Notes: generated by a model from the letters alone, not told the origin. A stretch of 64,000 bases of DNA from Promethearchaeota archaeon (GCA_048941015.1 JBHLNZ010000011.1:1-64000), one strand, 5' to 3'. Positions 19,056 through 29,972 are shown, counted from the first letter of the stretch. Translations and numbers: made by a program.

Positions 19056-20816
19056 ATGGTGCTCTATATGATAGATTTTGAAACTGAAGATTTAGAACTT
19101 GAAGATGCTAAAGATTACAAAATACTAAATTTGCCGGAATTAACTAATGAAGAAATAAATATTGTTGATCCAATCGTAGCTCCAACTTCAGGTTTAAGGA
19201 TTCAGATTTTTGATATCCAAAACAAAAACGGTAAAGATTTTTATTATTTAACCAATCGCAAACTATTCCTCTTTCTAAGAGTTTTCAAGGCTATTAGCCT
19301 AAAATACAAAGAACTTAACTATAATAAGAATTTAAAAGTTCTTATTGTTACTGATAACCGCCCTAGTAGGCATATATTATTGAAATATTGTTCTCAAATT
19401 TTTGCTTTTGATGGATTTGATATTTATTATCAAAAAGATATTCTTGGAGAATCACTACTTTCTTCACCTTACGGAGCTGCTTCAGTTGCTCTTCTCAAAA
19501 ATATTAGTCTAATAATTGTTTTAACTGCATCTCATAATGATTTATCATGGAATGGTATTAAATTTTATATTAATTACCCAATTCCTATATCAGGTGATTT
19601 ATTCAAAGAAGTATCACAAAAAGCAATTTCTATTAATAAAATAAATTTCAAAACAGAATTTAAACCCAAATTAATTGATGCTGAGAAAATAAATAATGAT
19701 TATGTTAGAAAATTATTGTCTCATGTTATCGAAATAAAAAATCTTAAAGGTAAAAATATTATTATTTGGCCTTATCTCGGAAAAGCAAGAGGAATTGTTA
19801 ACTTATTTAAAAATTATGGGGCAAAAGTAATTTTAATAGAAGAAGAAATAAATCCACCGAATCCCATAAAAGAAATCCGTGAGGATAAATTGCAATCAGT
19901 AATGGAACAAAACCAATCTGATCTCGCATTATTACTTGATGCTGACAGAGATAGAATAGCACTTTATGCAAAACAAAATGGAAATTATTATCTTTACATT
20001 CCTAATGAAATATATTCAGCTATGCATAATATTCTTGCTAAGGATTTTAATAAGAAGATCATTAACGTTAGAACTATCCCAAGTGATTTAAGGGGAGATA
20101 ATAAAAGTTTTATTAACATTTTGACGGGAGTAGGTTATAAACATCTTGGAGTGATCTTATACTTTTTACTTGGAATTGATGTTGATCAATCAAAAATAGA
20201 TACAGCAATTCTTTATGTTGAAGGTAGAAATAAAGAATTAATTAAAATAAAAGATCCAACACCATTAAAAGAAAAAATCATTGATTTAATGAAAGAACAT
20301 GAAATAAATAGTGAAGAATTTTTAATAGTAATGTGGGAAGAATCTGGAGGACATACTATTAATCTATTGAATGTGGAAAAGAATAAAAAAACAGAGTTAT
20401 TTAAATTTACAACAGATTTACCTGTTATAGCTGATAAATATCCTGTCTCAGCTTTAGTAATCGCAGCAGAACTAATCTCTAGAGGATATGTTATTTCAGA
20501 ATCTATTGACTGGTCTATAGTAGGTATAAATCGGACTATTCCTGCTATTGATGAAATAAAAGTCAAAATCATGAACAATTTTGAAGTTAACAACGAAAAA
20601 ACATTGAAAATAAAAGATAAAGGATATAAAGTAAATGCCTTATCTGATAATAATAATGACATTGATATATATCAACTAAAGTCTAATGATTCTACAATTT
20701 ATTTTAGACCAAGTGGGACAGGACCAGAAATAAGATTTTATATTTTTGGAAAACGAGAAACCTATTTAGATGAGATTAAAAGCGTTGAAAATTTTATAAA
20801 AGAGAATTATTCTTAA
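19056..20816 (+). CDS. Alpha-D-phosphohexomutase (PGM/PMM) family protein
   Basis: TSGLR, TASHN phosphoserine loop, DADRDR metal loop, WEESGG, RPSGTGP. Confidence 0.85.
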   Translation: MVLYMIDFETEDLELEDAKDYKILNLPELTNEEINIVDPIVAPTSGLRIQIFDIQNKNGKDFYYLTNRKLFLFLRVFKAISLKYKELNYNKNLKVLIVTDNRPSRHILLKYCSQIFAFDGFDIYYQKDILGESLLSSPYGAASVALLKNISLIIVLTASHNDLSWNGIKFYINYPIPISGDLFKEVSQKAISINKINFKTEFKPKLIDAEKINNDYVRKLLSHVIEIKNLKGKNIIIWPYLGKARGIVNLFKNYGAKVILIEEEINPPNPIKEIREDKLQSVMEQNQSDLALLLDADRDRIALYAKQNGNYYLYIPNEIYSAMHNILAKDFNKKIINVRTIPSDLRGDNKSFINILTGVGYKHLGVILYFLLGIDVDQSKIDTAILYVEGRNKELIKIKDPTPLKEKIIDLMKEHEINSEEFLIVMWEESGGHTINLLNVEKNKKTELFKFTTDLPVIADKYPVSALVIAAELISRGYVISESIDWSIVGINRTIPAIDEIKVKIMNNFEVNNEKTLKIKDKGYKVNALSDNNNDIDIYQLKSNDSTIYFRPSGTGPEIRFYIFGKRETYLDEIKSVENFIKENYS

Positions 20817-22470
20817 TTTTCTGTATAATTCCTGGAATAATAATTTTATTTGATTCAATTCTTAAAATTCCCTTTTCCTGAAGTTTTTTCATAGTTTTTA
20901 ATGTTCTTCCTTCTCCCCACTTTAATCCTTTCATTAAATCCTCTTTTTCCATTGGAACTTTTTTAACAATGTATCTAATAAATTTCCTCTCATTTGGATT
21001 TAATGCAATATCTTTAAATAAATAGAAAGTAAATATACCAATTTTTGTAGAAGAATAAATTAATTTAAGATCAGTAAGTTGTTTTAAAACTTCTTTCAAT
21101 AAATCTTCTGAAATATTTTCTAAATCTTGTTCGATATATTCTTTAATTTTTTCATATTGAACAAATCCACCATTTAATAATGAGAAATTCTCATGAAAAC
21201 TTAAAATTTTTTGTGAGAATAATTCTTTTATTTCATTTCCTTCGGTTTCCCTAAGTTCTAAATCTAAATTGTTGATGTCTTCCTTCTCAACTTTTGATTT
21301 TTCTTTACTAAGAGGTAAACTTTTCACTTTGGGTTTACTTTCAAACTTAATTTTAGGAACTTCATTATCTAATCCTTCTAGTTCTTTTAAATCTTCTTCT
21401 TTTATTGGCTTCTCTTTTGATACTACTAATTTCTGCTCCTTTCCTTCTTTAATTTTTTCTTTCAGTTTTTCTTTCAGTGCTAATCTTTTCTGTAACTTTT
21501 CTTGTTCTTTCAGTTTTTCTCTTTCAATATGTTCATTAATTTTTGCATTCCATTTCTTTCGTTCTTCAGGATATCCAAATCCTTGAACTAGAATATTATC
21601 GTCTAAAATTGATAAAATTTCTTTATCTTGCATCTCATTCAAGATTTTATCAGCATAAGTATAATCCCATTCTGTAAGCTCTAATAACTTTGGTATATTA
21701 AGCTTTTCTTCTTCATATGCTAATATTAAAACTACTTTCTCTGGATTTGAATAAGTAAATTCTTCTTCTTCAAAGGATAAAATATAGAACGTAGGATTTA
21801 GTTCAATAATATCGCTTAACAGATTGGTTTCTTTCATTAAATTTAAAATAGGTAAAAAATCATCATTTTTAATATTTTTAATCTCTTCAAACGCATGAAA
21901 CTTCAATCTTTGAAGAGGTATGATTCTATATTCATTTAAGTGATAGATATTAATAATTTCTTGGAATTTGCGCGACATTTTCTCATAAAATATTCCCGCG
22001 CCCACATCCTTCTTTTTTAACTCTGAGATTTTAGAATAATCTTCTAATTCTTCTAATTTTTCCATAACATCTTTAAGGTTTTCTATGTCTTTTAATAGTT
22101 CTTCTTTTGTTTTTGGAAAAGCAGATCTCAGTCCTGCCATAAAAGTTCTATATTCTCTGCCCCCTTTCTCAATTGTTTCGCTTTCTTCTGTTTTAGATTC
22201 TAAGTGTTGTTGAGCTATTTTTATTTTCTCTTTAACTACTTTATCAATATGATTCTCAGTTTCAGAAATAATTATTGAAATTTTTTCTAATTTTTCACTC
22301 ATTAAATCTTTATTCATTTCTGGAATGAATTTTTCAATACGTTTTATTTTCTCCTCATTTCTCTTTTTTTCATAGCCTTTTTCAAGATAATTTTTATATC
22401 TTAAAGTTAGAAGAAGGTAAAAAATTAAAAGAATTACCGATAAGGTTAATGAAATGATAAGAATCGACAT
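20794..22470 (-). CDS. Membrane-anchored protein with two EAP30/Vps22-Vps36-like (ESCRT-II) winged-helix units
   Basis: N-terminal TM, coiled coil; unit 1 GxFY...IxxDD...VLxLA...LxW..A..L..M; unit 2 NGG...ISED...LKW..R..K.L.EKG. Confidence 0.65.
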   Translation of the reverse strand: MSILIISLTLSVILLIFYLLLTLRYKNYLEKGYEKKRNEEKIKRIEKFIPEMNKDLMSEKLEKISIIISETENHIDKVVKEKIKIAQQHLESKTEESETIEKGGREYRTFMAGLRSAFPKTKEELLKDIENLKDVMEKLEELEDYSKISELKKKDVGAGIFYEKMSRKFQEIINIYHLNEYRIIPLQRLKFHAFEEIKNIKNDDFLPILNLMKETNLLSDIIELNPTFYILSFEEEEFTYSNPEKVVLILAYEEEKLNIPKLLELTEWDYTYADKILNEMQDKEILSILDDNILVQGFGYPEERKKWNAKINEHIEREKLKEQEKLQKRLALKEKLKEKIKEGKEQKLVVSKEKPIKEEDLKELEGLDNEVPKIKFESKPKVKSLPLSKEKSKVEKEDINNLDLELRETEGNEIKELFSQKILSFHENFSLLNGGFVQYEKIKEYIEQDLENISEDLLKEVLKQLTDLKLIYSSTKIGIFTFYLFKDIALNPNERKFIRYIVKKVPMEKEDLMKGLKWGEGRTLKTMKKLQEKGILRIESNKIIIPGIIQKIKNNSLL

Positions 22471-22643
22471 CTTAATTAAATTCTCACTATCTTATTAACT
22501 TTTAATTAATTTTATAATGAATATTTTTATTAATATAATTTTATTATTTTTGCTTTCCAATTCGATATCAAAACTTTAATTGTAATCAAATATTTTGTCT
22601 AATTAATTTAAAACCTTTCATATTCTATAAAATTTAAACGTAG

Positions 22644-23924
22644 TTGGCTAAAATGAAAATGCAAGAGAAAATTATTGATGATAAAATTCTTGAAAAAATG
22701 ACTTTGGAAAACGTATTTAAAATATTTAATGATAATGTATTTCCGATGCTAAACGATGAAGAAAAAGAATATTGCAATGAATTACAAGATTTTTGTTTAG
22801 AGTTACATCCAAAAATAGATAAGTCTCAAGATGTATATGTCTTATTTCCAGAACTGGGAAAACATGGTTATCTGCAACGTATTAATAAATGGAAAGATTT
22901 CAAACCATACGGAATGAAAAAGGAAATTTTACTTGGTACTCATCTTTCTTTACTGGATCCTCAACTCGAACTTGCAAGATTAGCAAGCGGAATTTTATGT
23001 GGTAATCCTACCTTTCATTATTATCAACATGGAGGCACAGGAGATGCAATACAAAAGGTTCAAGATGAATTGATGTCAGGACAAAAAATTGGATGTATTG
23101 GAATTACTGAACCCGCAAGAGGCTCTGATGCGGTAAATCTGACAACAACTTGTACTAAAACAGACGATGGGGTCATTTATAATGGTGAAAAAGTTTATAC
23201 TACAAATGGACCTAAAGCAGATTATTTTTGTGCCTATGCAGTTTATGACGAATCTAATCCAAGAGATACTATGGTTCAGGCAATGATTAAACGTGAATTT
23301 GGAGTGAAAACTGAACGATTGAAAATTAATTCAGTTCCTCGTGTACATATAGCTCACACTATATTAGATAATGTGAAAATACCTAACGAATATATATTAG
23401 CAGATGATGGACTAGGTTATGTACGATTATTTGAAGGTTTGGTTCCAGAGCGACTTTCAATAATGGGAAGTGGAGTAGGGATATGTTGGTCAGGTTTAAT
23501 ATATGGTATTATCTATACTAATCTTAGAAAGCAATTTGGTAAACCTGTCATAAGATATCAAGGAGTTGGATATGGATTAGCAGATTTATTAACAAAAGCT
23601 AATGCTGCTACCGCTTTAGCTCTTCAAGCTGCATCAGTATATGATGAAAGAATTTTATTCGCGGATAAATCTTCCGAGGGAAAGTCAGCTGCCGAAAAAT
23701 GGGTTGCTTCTATTTCTTCTCAGGGAAAGTATTATTTAGCAAAACTAACCCATGAAATCTGCTATGAGATTCAGCAACATATGGGCGGCGTTAGCGTTAC
23801 TGATAATACTCCAATAGATGAGTTAATGGATGTCAGTAAAATTGAAGAAGTTATTGGAGGAGCAAGAAATATTCAATTACTTTTGATTCAATCTCAGATT
23901 CAAAGATTAATGAGATTAATTTAA
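22644..23924 (+). CDS. Acyl-CoA dehydrogenase
   Basis: GITEPARGSD, NGEKVYTTNG, ERL, RKQFGKP, QQHMGG. Confidence 0.9.
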   Translation: MAKMKMQEKIIDDKILEKMTLENVFKIFNDNVFPMLNDEEKEYCNELQDFCLELHPKIDKSQDVYVLFPELGKHGYLQRINKWKDFKPYGMKKEILLGTHLSLLDPQLELARLASGILCGNPTFHYYQHGGTGDAIQKVQDELMSGQKIGCIGITEPARGSDAVNLTTTCTKTDDGVIYNGEKVYTTNGPKADYFCAYAVYDESNPRDTMVQAMIKREFGVKTERLKINSVPRVHIAHTILDNVKIPNEYILADDGLGYVRLFEGLVPERLSIMGSGVGICWSGLIYGIIYTNLRKQFGKPVIRYQGVGYGLADLLTKANAATALALQAASVYDERILFADKSSEGKSAAEKWVASISSQGKYYLAKLTHEICYEIQQHMGGVSVTDNTPIDELMDVSKIEEVIGGARNIQLLLIQSQIQRLMRLI

Positions 23925-24078
23925 TTTTTTTTATTCTTTTTTATTACTTTTTACTGAAGATATATATAATGAATTAACACAAAAGTTTTCCCCCCAAAAT
24001 TGGCAAATATAAAAGATAGAGAATTAGGATCGTTATTTTGTGAATCTGAAAGATGTGAAATTCATACTAAAAGGATTT

Positions 24079-24798
24079 ATGAAAATGAATGAGAAAATAG
24101 TAATAATAGCACACCGAGGAGCAAATAACCTTGCTCCTGAAAATACGATAAAAGCATTTGAATTGGCCATTGAGCTGGGAGCTGATTTTATTGAATTTGA
24201 TGTCAGAATATCTAAAGATAAGAAGATAATAATTCTACACGATCCAGGAGTATTTCGAACAACTCATAAGTTAGGTTCTTTAAAAAGATTAACTATAGAG
24301 AAAATCAAATCATTGGATGCGGGTGACGGACAAAAAATTCCTACCCTAGAAGAACTATTGGAATTTACCAAAGGTAAAATTAATTATATGTGCGAAATTA
24401 AAGTGAAAGATATAGTTGAAGATGTTCTTAACATTTTAAATAATAATAATGTTATCGATTCAACAATCTTAATATCATTTAAGCATAGAGAACTTATCAA
24501 ATCTCGATCCAAGTTTCTTCAACTTAGATTAGGAGCCATTGTTCCAAGAGGGATAGGATGGATTATAAATTGGTTTTTTAAAAAGAAACTCATTCTCTCA
24601 ATTAGTAAACAAAATTTCTATTCGATTAATCCTTTTTATATGCTCGTTAACAAAAAATTCGTTGATTATGCTCATCATTTAGGGTTAAAGGTATTTCCAT
24701 GGACCGTTAACTCCAGAAAAAAGATAGAGAAACTAATAAATATGGGTGTCGATGGTATTTTAACAAATAATATTTTAGTTATGAAACAGATGTTTTAA
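24079..24798 (+). CDS. Glycerophosphodiester phosphodiesterase
   Basis: IAHRGA, PENT, EFDV, HD, IPTLEE, WTVN, GVDGILTN. Confidence 0.92.
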   Translation: MKMNEKIVIIAHRGANNLAPENTIKAFELAIELGADFIEFDVRISKDKKIIILHDPGVFRTTHKLGSLKRLTIEKIKSLDAGDGQKIPTLEELLEFTKGKINYMCEIKVKDIVEDVLNILNNNNVIDSTILISFKHRELIKSRSKFLQLRLGAIVPRGIGWIINWFFKKKLILSISKQNFYSINPFYMLVNKKFVDYAHHLGLKVFPWTVNSRKKIEKLINMGVDGILTNNILVMKQMF

Positions 24799-24926
24799 AT
24801 AATAAACATCAATTTTAAAGATAGATACACAGATATATCTGTGAAGAGCTAACTAAAAATCATTAATATATTATAAAACCAAATTCAATTAGTCTTTTCA
24901 TTACGTAAAAATGATCAATTTTAAAA

Positions 24927-25700
24927 CTATTGGTAATATAAAGAAACCAAGCTCAAACTTGAGATCATAATCGTTCGTACACTTATTATTAGAAGAAAAC
25001 AGAATATGATAATCTGAAATGTTTTTACAGGAATTTTAGGTGTAATTTTATGACCAAATTTTGTTCCTAGGAAAATTATAGGAAAAGCAAGCAAAAAGAT
25101 TAAAAGAAGGTCCATAGGGAATACATCAGCAATGATATAAAATGGAATTCTTGAAAGGGATAGTATAGTTCCAATGGCAGCAAAATTTTCAATAAAGTTT
25201 TCTCTATAATGCCCAGTTCTTTCTAATAATGCTACATTTATTGGGCCTGCTGCGCTAATTAAGCCAGTAAGTAAGCCATAAGTAAAACCACCAAAAAAAA
25301 TAATAGGTGAAGTTGTATTAATTTCATTATCTAAAATAACAATATCACGATGTTTAAAATACTGAATTAACTTAATAGTTGAGTAAGATAAAATAAAAAT
25401 GCCAAGGATTAAATCTATCCATTCCAACCTAATATTAATTATTAAATATGTACCTAAAATGGTAGCTGGAATAGCAAGCGACAGAAATCGAATAAAATAG
25501 CCCTTGTCCAAAAATTTCCGATATTTTATGAAATTTAATAAAGCTGGAAAAGTACCCCAAATGTTTACTAAAATTATAGCATTTTTAACTCCTATTATCG
25601 GGGCTATAATAGGGATTAATACTAAAGCATCTCCAAACCCAATAATCCCATAAACCATACTTGAGAAGAATATGGCGATTAATGATAAATATTCAATCAA
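24927..25700 (-). CDS. Sulfite exporter TauE/SafE family membrane protein
   Basis: GIIGFG N-terminal motif, GLISAAGP second repeat, about 8 TM. Confidence 0.8.
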   Translation of the reverse strand: MIEYLSLIAIFFSSMVYGIIGFGDALVLIPIIAPIIGVKNAIILVNIWGTFPALLNFIKYRKFLDKGYFIRFLSLAIPATILGTYLIINIRLEWIDLILGIFILSYSTIKLIQYFKHRDIVILDNEINTTSPIIFFGGFTYGLLTGLISAAGPINVALLERTGHYRENFIENFAAIGTILSLSRIPFYIIADVFPMDLLLIFLLAFPIIFLGTKFGHKITPKIPVKTFQIIIFCFLLIISVRTIMISSLSLVSLYYQ

Positions 25701-25854
25701 ATCCCAAAATTTCCTTAATTTGTTAAATAATATTGGTTATATTAGCAAAATCGTGTGTTATAGAATTTAAGATTAAAATTAAAACTTTCCAAGTATCTCA
25801 TTCTTAATTCCTAATGTTTTCAGGGCAAAATAATAAAGAAATAAAGATTATAAT

Positions 25855-26604
25855 TTATGTCTCATCGATTTTTTTTTGCCTACCCTTTAGATATTTACCA
25901 TAAATAAGTTTTTTATTTTTTTTAACAAATTTCCAGCCAATACCTTGGACTTTCTCTAATGGTCCTCTTATTCCCTTAGGGTTACCAGTTCTGGTATATG
26001 TAATCTCTGTATGTTTGATTGCTTTAATTACTTTATGTGGCGTTTTAAACTCTTCAATAAGAATTCTAGCTTTTTTTGGGCCGATATCAATTAATCCCTC
26101 TAGTATAAAGGAACGTCGTTCTTCGATATTCATACCTTTTGGTGCTTTTCTTGATAATAAAGGAATTCCATCCTTTATCTGCTCTCGATAAGCAAGTCTC
26201 TCGATTACAATCACTGTGTCTTCTAGATTCCTAGTAGGTATTACAGAAATACCCAATTTATATGAAACATAAACAAGCGCACCATAAATCGAGGAGATTT
26301 GTACTCCTACATTTTCAAATACTTCATCATTTAAACCTTCTAAGATTAAAATGGGAGAAGTATAGGTTTCTTTTAAACGCAATAATTGCTCAAAAAGACG
26401 ATTATCAGTTAAAGATGTAATAAAATCAAAACCTGTTTTTCTTTCAATAGCAACATTTTCAGAAATGACAATGTCGGCGATATCTAATTGTTGAGCTTCA
26501 TAAGTAATTGTTTCTTTTTTCTTATCTAATAAAAATTTTAAGTTTTGTTCTCTATTGTCGATTATAATATGAGGTATTTGATTTTGAGTCATTACGTAAA
26601 TCAA
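25855..26604 (-). CDS. xpf: Short XPF/ERCC4-domain structure-specific endonuclease
   Basis: IIDNRE, ADI, IERKTxxD, RLFEQ, ILEG, tandem HhH (IGPKKA, GIG). Confidence 0.85.
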   Translation of the reverse strand: MIYVMTQNQIPHIIIDNREQNLKFLLDKKKETITYEAQQLDIADIVISENVAIERKTGFDFITSLTDNRLFEQLLRLKETYTSPILILEGLNDEVFENVGVQISSIYGALVYVSYKLGISVIPTRNLEDTVIVIERLAYREQIKDGIPLLSRKAPKGMNIEERRSFILEGLIDIGPKKARILIEEFKTPHKVIKAIKHTEITYTRTGNPKGIRGPLEKVQGIGWKFVKKNKKLIYGKYLKGRQKKIDET

Positions 26605-26685
26605 AACTTTACTTTTGAATCAATTAATTTCTTATTTATCTTAAAATTATTTTAAATTATAAAAATAAAAAAAAATTCAGTTCTT

Positions 26686-27204
26686 TTAATCCTTGCTTAA
26701 AATAACTTCTTTATTATTTTTCTTGATTATGTAATTAACAATTTCTTTCAGATTATATAATTTGTTGTTAATCAAAATAAATAACAAAATTATAATTCCA
26801 ATAATTTCTGTTGTAAATACTATTGGATTTTTAAAGAAATTTGTTAGCCAATACCAAAATGGGTCATCTAAAATTTCATAATCGTATTGAATAAAAGGAT
26901 AAAAAAAAGGTACTTCTGGTAAATCCAATAATAAATGAGAGACAACACCGATTAAAAATGATATTGAAATTACTTTATTTCCTCTTGAAACAATATATAA
27001 CCCTAAAAAGCTTAATATTGTAAATAAAATACTATGTGAAATACTTCGACCTGAACCGAATCCTAAAAATAATAAAACTTTATCAATTAAATCGGAAATT
27101 AAAGCCCCTATTATTAATGACAAGCGATTGAATTCAAAATTTTTTTTAATAAAAGGTATTTCAAAGAGAATAAGTGGAATGGCGATATGAAATAGTGGAT
27201 AAAT
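26686..27204 (-). CDS. Membrane-bound metal-dependent hydrolase (YdjM/DUF457-like)
   Basis: N-terminal H, GAxxxDLIDK, RSISHS, SHLLLD, FYPF; frame stays open above the ORF-track start (27123) to an ATT at 27204/27207 after GAGGGA. Confidence 0.75.
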   Translation of the reverse strand: MYPLFHIAIPLILFEIPFIKKNFEFNRLSLIIGALISDLIDKVLLFLGFGSGRSISHSILFTILSFLGLYIVSRGNKVISISFLIGVVSHLLLDLPEVPFFYPFIQYDYEILDDPFWYWLTNFFKNPIVFTTEIIGIIILLFILINNKLYNLKEIVNYIIKKNNKEVILSKD

Positions 27205-27383
27205 AATAGTTCCCTCTTTTAGAATCCATACAATAATCTGATAAGATTAAATATATCAGGCAAAAAATACAAAATAATTAATATTATCACTAATTCTATT
27301 GAAACTTTTAGAGCTCTTTTAATTAAATGGTTATAATTAACTAACTTTTGCTGTTTCATAATACCAATAAATAGATATTTTAA

Positions 27384-28181
27384 TTAAAATTTATACTCCT
27401 TAATGACTTCATCAACAGTATAATTTTTATGAACAATTCTGGAAATTGCACTTACCAATTTAGAGGGGTCTTCAAATTGAAATACATTTCGTCCAAATGC
27501 TACTCCCGCACCACCAGCTTGTATTGAATCGTACACTAATTGTAATAAATCTTGAATCGTATCCATTTTTGGACCTCCAGCAATAATAACAGGAATATGC
27601 ACACTTTTTACAATATATTTAAAAGAGTCAATATCACCAGTATAATTAGTTTTTACAATATCTGCACCCAGTTCAGCACCAGCTCTTACTGCAATATTAA
27701 CAACATCGGGATCATTTTCATCTTTTATTTTTCTCCCTCTCGGATACATCATGGCTAATAAAGGAATCCCCCATTCCCGTGCAGCCTCTATAGTTAAATG
27801 TGCATCCTGAAGCATCTCAGGTTCTTCATCTGCACCAATATTAATATGTATTGAAATCGCATCGGCTCCTATTTTTAATGCCCTTTCAACAGTGCATACC
27901 AAAACCTTTCTATCTGGGTCAGGAGCTAAACTTGTTGCTCCAGAAAGATGTATTATTAAACCAATATCTTTTCCATATTTTCTATGTCCTGCACCAACCA
28001 TACCCGAATGCATTAACACAGCATTAGCACCTCCAAATGATACTTTATCTATCATTTCAGGAAGATCTTCTAAACCTTTAATAGTCCCTACAGTTAAACC
28101 ATGATCCATAGGTATTATAATAGTTCTTTTGCTTTCTCGGTCAATTATTCTTTCAATTCTAATACTTTTTCCTAAATTCAT
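27384..28181 (-). CDS. Class I (DhnA-type) aldolase, likely 2-amino-3,7-dideoxy-D-threo-hept-6-ulosonate synthase (AroA')
   Basis: GKxIRx[27 protein letters not shown] (Schiff-base Lys), AGGPK, GRNVFQ. Confidence 0.85.
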   Translation of the reverse strand: MNLGKSIRIERIIDRESKRTIIIPMDHGLTVGTIKGLEDLPEMIDKVSFGGANAVLMHSGMVGAGHRKYGKDIGLIIHLSGATSLAPDPDRKVLVCTVERALKIGADAISIHINIGADEEPEMLQDAHLTIEAAREWGIPLLAMMYPRGRKIKDENDPDVVNIAVRAGAELGADIVKTNYTGDIDSFKYIVKSVHIPVIIAGGPKMDTIQDLLQLVYDSIQAGGAGVAFGRNVFQFEDPSKLVSAISRIVHKNYTVDEVIKEYKF

Positions 28182-28266
28182 ATTCTATTTACAACTTTCT
28201 GGGATGATTTAATTAATCAAATATAATGTCATTAAACATATAAAATTATAGTAAAAAGTAAGAAAA

Positions 28267-29838
28267 TTACCAAGGTCTTCTGAGGGTTGTGGGTCTAATC
28301 ATCTCAGATTTATCTGGATAATCAATATTATAATGAATACCACGACTTTCTTTCCGAGAGATAGCACTTACAATAATCAATTTTGCGACGGTAGCTAAAT
28401 TTCTTAATTCAACCAGATTCTTTTCTATTCTAAAATCCCAATAATATTGATTGATTTCATCAAGTAAAAGATTTATTCTCTTTTTTGCTCTTTGAAGCCG
28501 TAAATCTGTTCTAACAATTCCAACATAATTCCACATAAATCTTCTGATTTCATCCCAGTTTTGTGATATAACAACTGCCTCCGTAGACGGTACAGCATTG
28601 CCAGGTTCCCATTCTTTAAATTCATATACTTTTAAATCTTCAATTTTAGTTGAAAGAGTTTTTGCGCACGCATGAGCACAAACTAAACCCTCTAACAATG
28701 AATTACTTGCTAATCGATTTGCACCATGTAATCCAGTACATGCGGATTCTCCAATAACATATAAGTTCTTCACTTTTGTTGAACCATCTATTTTTGTTAA
28801 TACTCCTCCACAGCAATAATGTGCTGCAGGAACAACAGGAATTGGTTCTTTTGTAATATCGATATTAAATGATTTACCAACATCATAAACTCCTGGAAAA
28901 TGATTAAGAATAAAATCACGACTTTTATATGATGCAATATCAAGATATACATAATCATCTCCCGTTCTTTTGAGTTCTGCATCAATCGCTCTAGATACAA
29001 CATCACGAGGAGCTAAATCTTTAGAGGGATGATAATTTTGCATAAATTCATAACCATTAATATCTTTAAGCACAGCACCTTCACCACGCATTGCCTCAGT
29101 AATTAAGATGGATTTCGCAAAAGGATGATATAAACATGTTGGATGAAATTGATAAAATTCCATGTTTGCGATTATAGCTCCTGCCCTGTAAGCCATAGCA
29201 ATTCCATCTCCTGATGCTACATCTGGATTTGTAGTATAAAGATAGATCTTTCCTGCTCCACCTGTCGCTAAAACAGTTGATTTTGCTGCTATATTATGAA
29301 TTTCACCTTTTTTCTGATCAAGAACATATGCTCCATCACATCTGAAATTATTTGAGAATAAATTAATCGCGCACCAAAATTCTTTAATTTCAACATTATG
29401 GTATTTTTTCACTTCTTCAATAAGTTTTTTCTCTATACTTTGACCTGTTAAATCATTTACATGAAGTATCCTTCTTTCAGAATGCCCTCCTTCCTTTCCA
29501 AGATCATAATCTCCGCTTTCATCACGATTGAATTTAACACCTAGCTCTATTAAATCATTTATTCTTTCAGGTGCTTCAGTAATAACTTTTCTTACAATTT
29601 TTTCATCGCATAATCCATCTCCTGCTATTAATGTATCTTGAATATGTTTCTCAAAATTATCATTGCGGTTCCAAACACATGCTATTCCTCCTTGAGCATA
29701 ATAAGTATTACATTCATTCAGATTCTCTTTAGTAATTAACAGAATTTGTGAGTTTGGATCTAAGTTTCCTAACTTTATTGCTAAAGTTAGTCCAGAAACA
29801 CCTCCACCAATTATTAAAATATCAGTTTTAAGCTTCAA
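28267..29838 (-). CDS. nadB: L-aspartate oxidase
   Basis: GGGxSG, YAQGGIA, EGGHSxRRILH, QFHPT, TEAMRGEG, AAHYxCGG, GLHGANRLASNSLLE, ESRGxH. Confidence 0.95.
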   Translation of the reverse strand: MKLKTDILIIGGGVSGLTLAIKLGNLDPNSQILLITKENLNECNTYYAQGGIACVWNRNDNFEKHIQDTLIAGDGLCDEKIVRKVITEAPERINDLIELGVKFNRDESGDYDLGKEGGHSERRILHVNDLTGQSIEKKLIEEVKKYHNVEIKEFWCAINLFSNNFRCDGAYVLDQKKGEIHNIAAKSTVLATGGAGKIYLYTTNPDVASGDGIAMAYRAGAIIANMEFYQFHPTCLYHPFAKSILITEAMRGEGAVLKDINGYEFMQNYHPSKDLAPRDVVSRAIDAELKRTGDDYVYLDIASYKSRDFILNHFPGVYDVGKSFNIDITKEPIPVVPAAHYCCGGVLTKIDGSTKVKNLYVIGESACTGLHGANRLASNSLLEGLVCAHACAKTLSTKIEDLKVYEFKEWEPGNAVPSTEAVVISQNWDEIRRFMWNYVGIVRTDLRLQRAKKRINLLLDEINQYYWDFRIEKNLVELRNLATVAKLIIVSAISRKESRGIHYNIDYPDKSEMIRPTTLRRPW

Positions 29839-29972
29839 TAAAATCTTTCAATAAGTCCTTAACGCTATTTATAAATAATATTAAAATACCAAAATGAAAT
29901 TAAAATTTTATATCTTTTTAGTTATTTATTTCATAATTTTTTTTTTAATCTAAACATTTTCTTGAATAAGCT

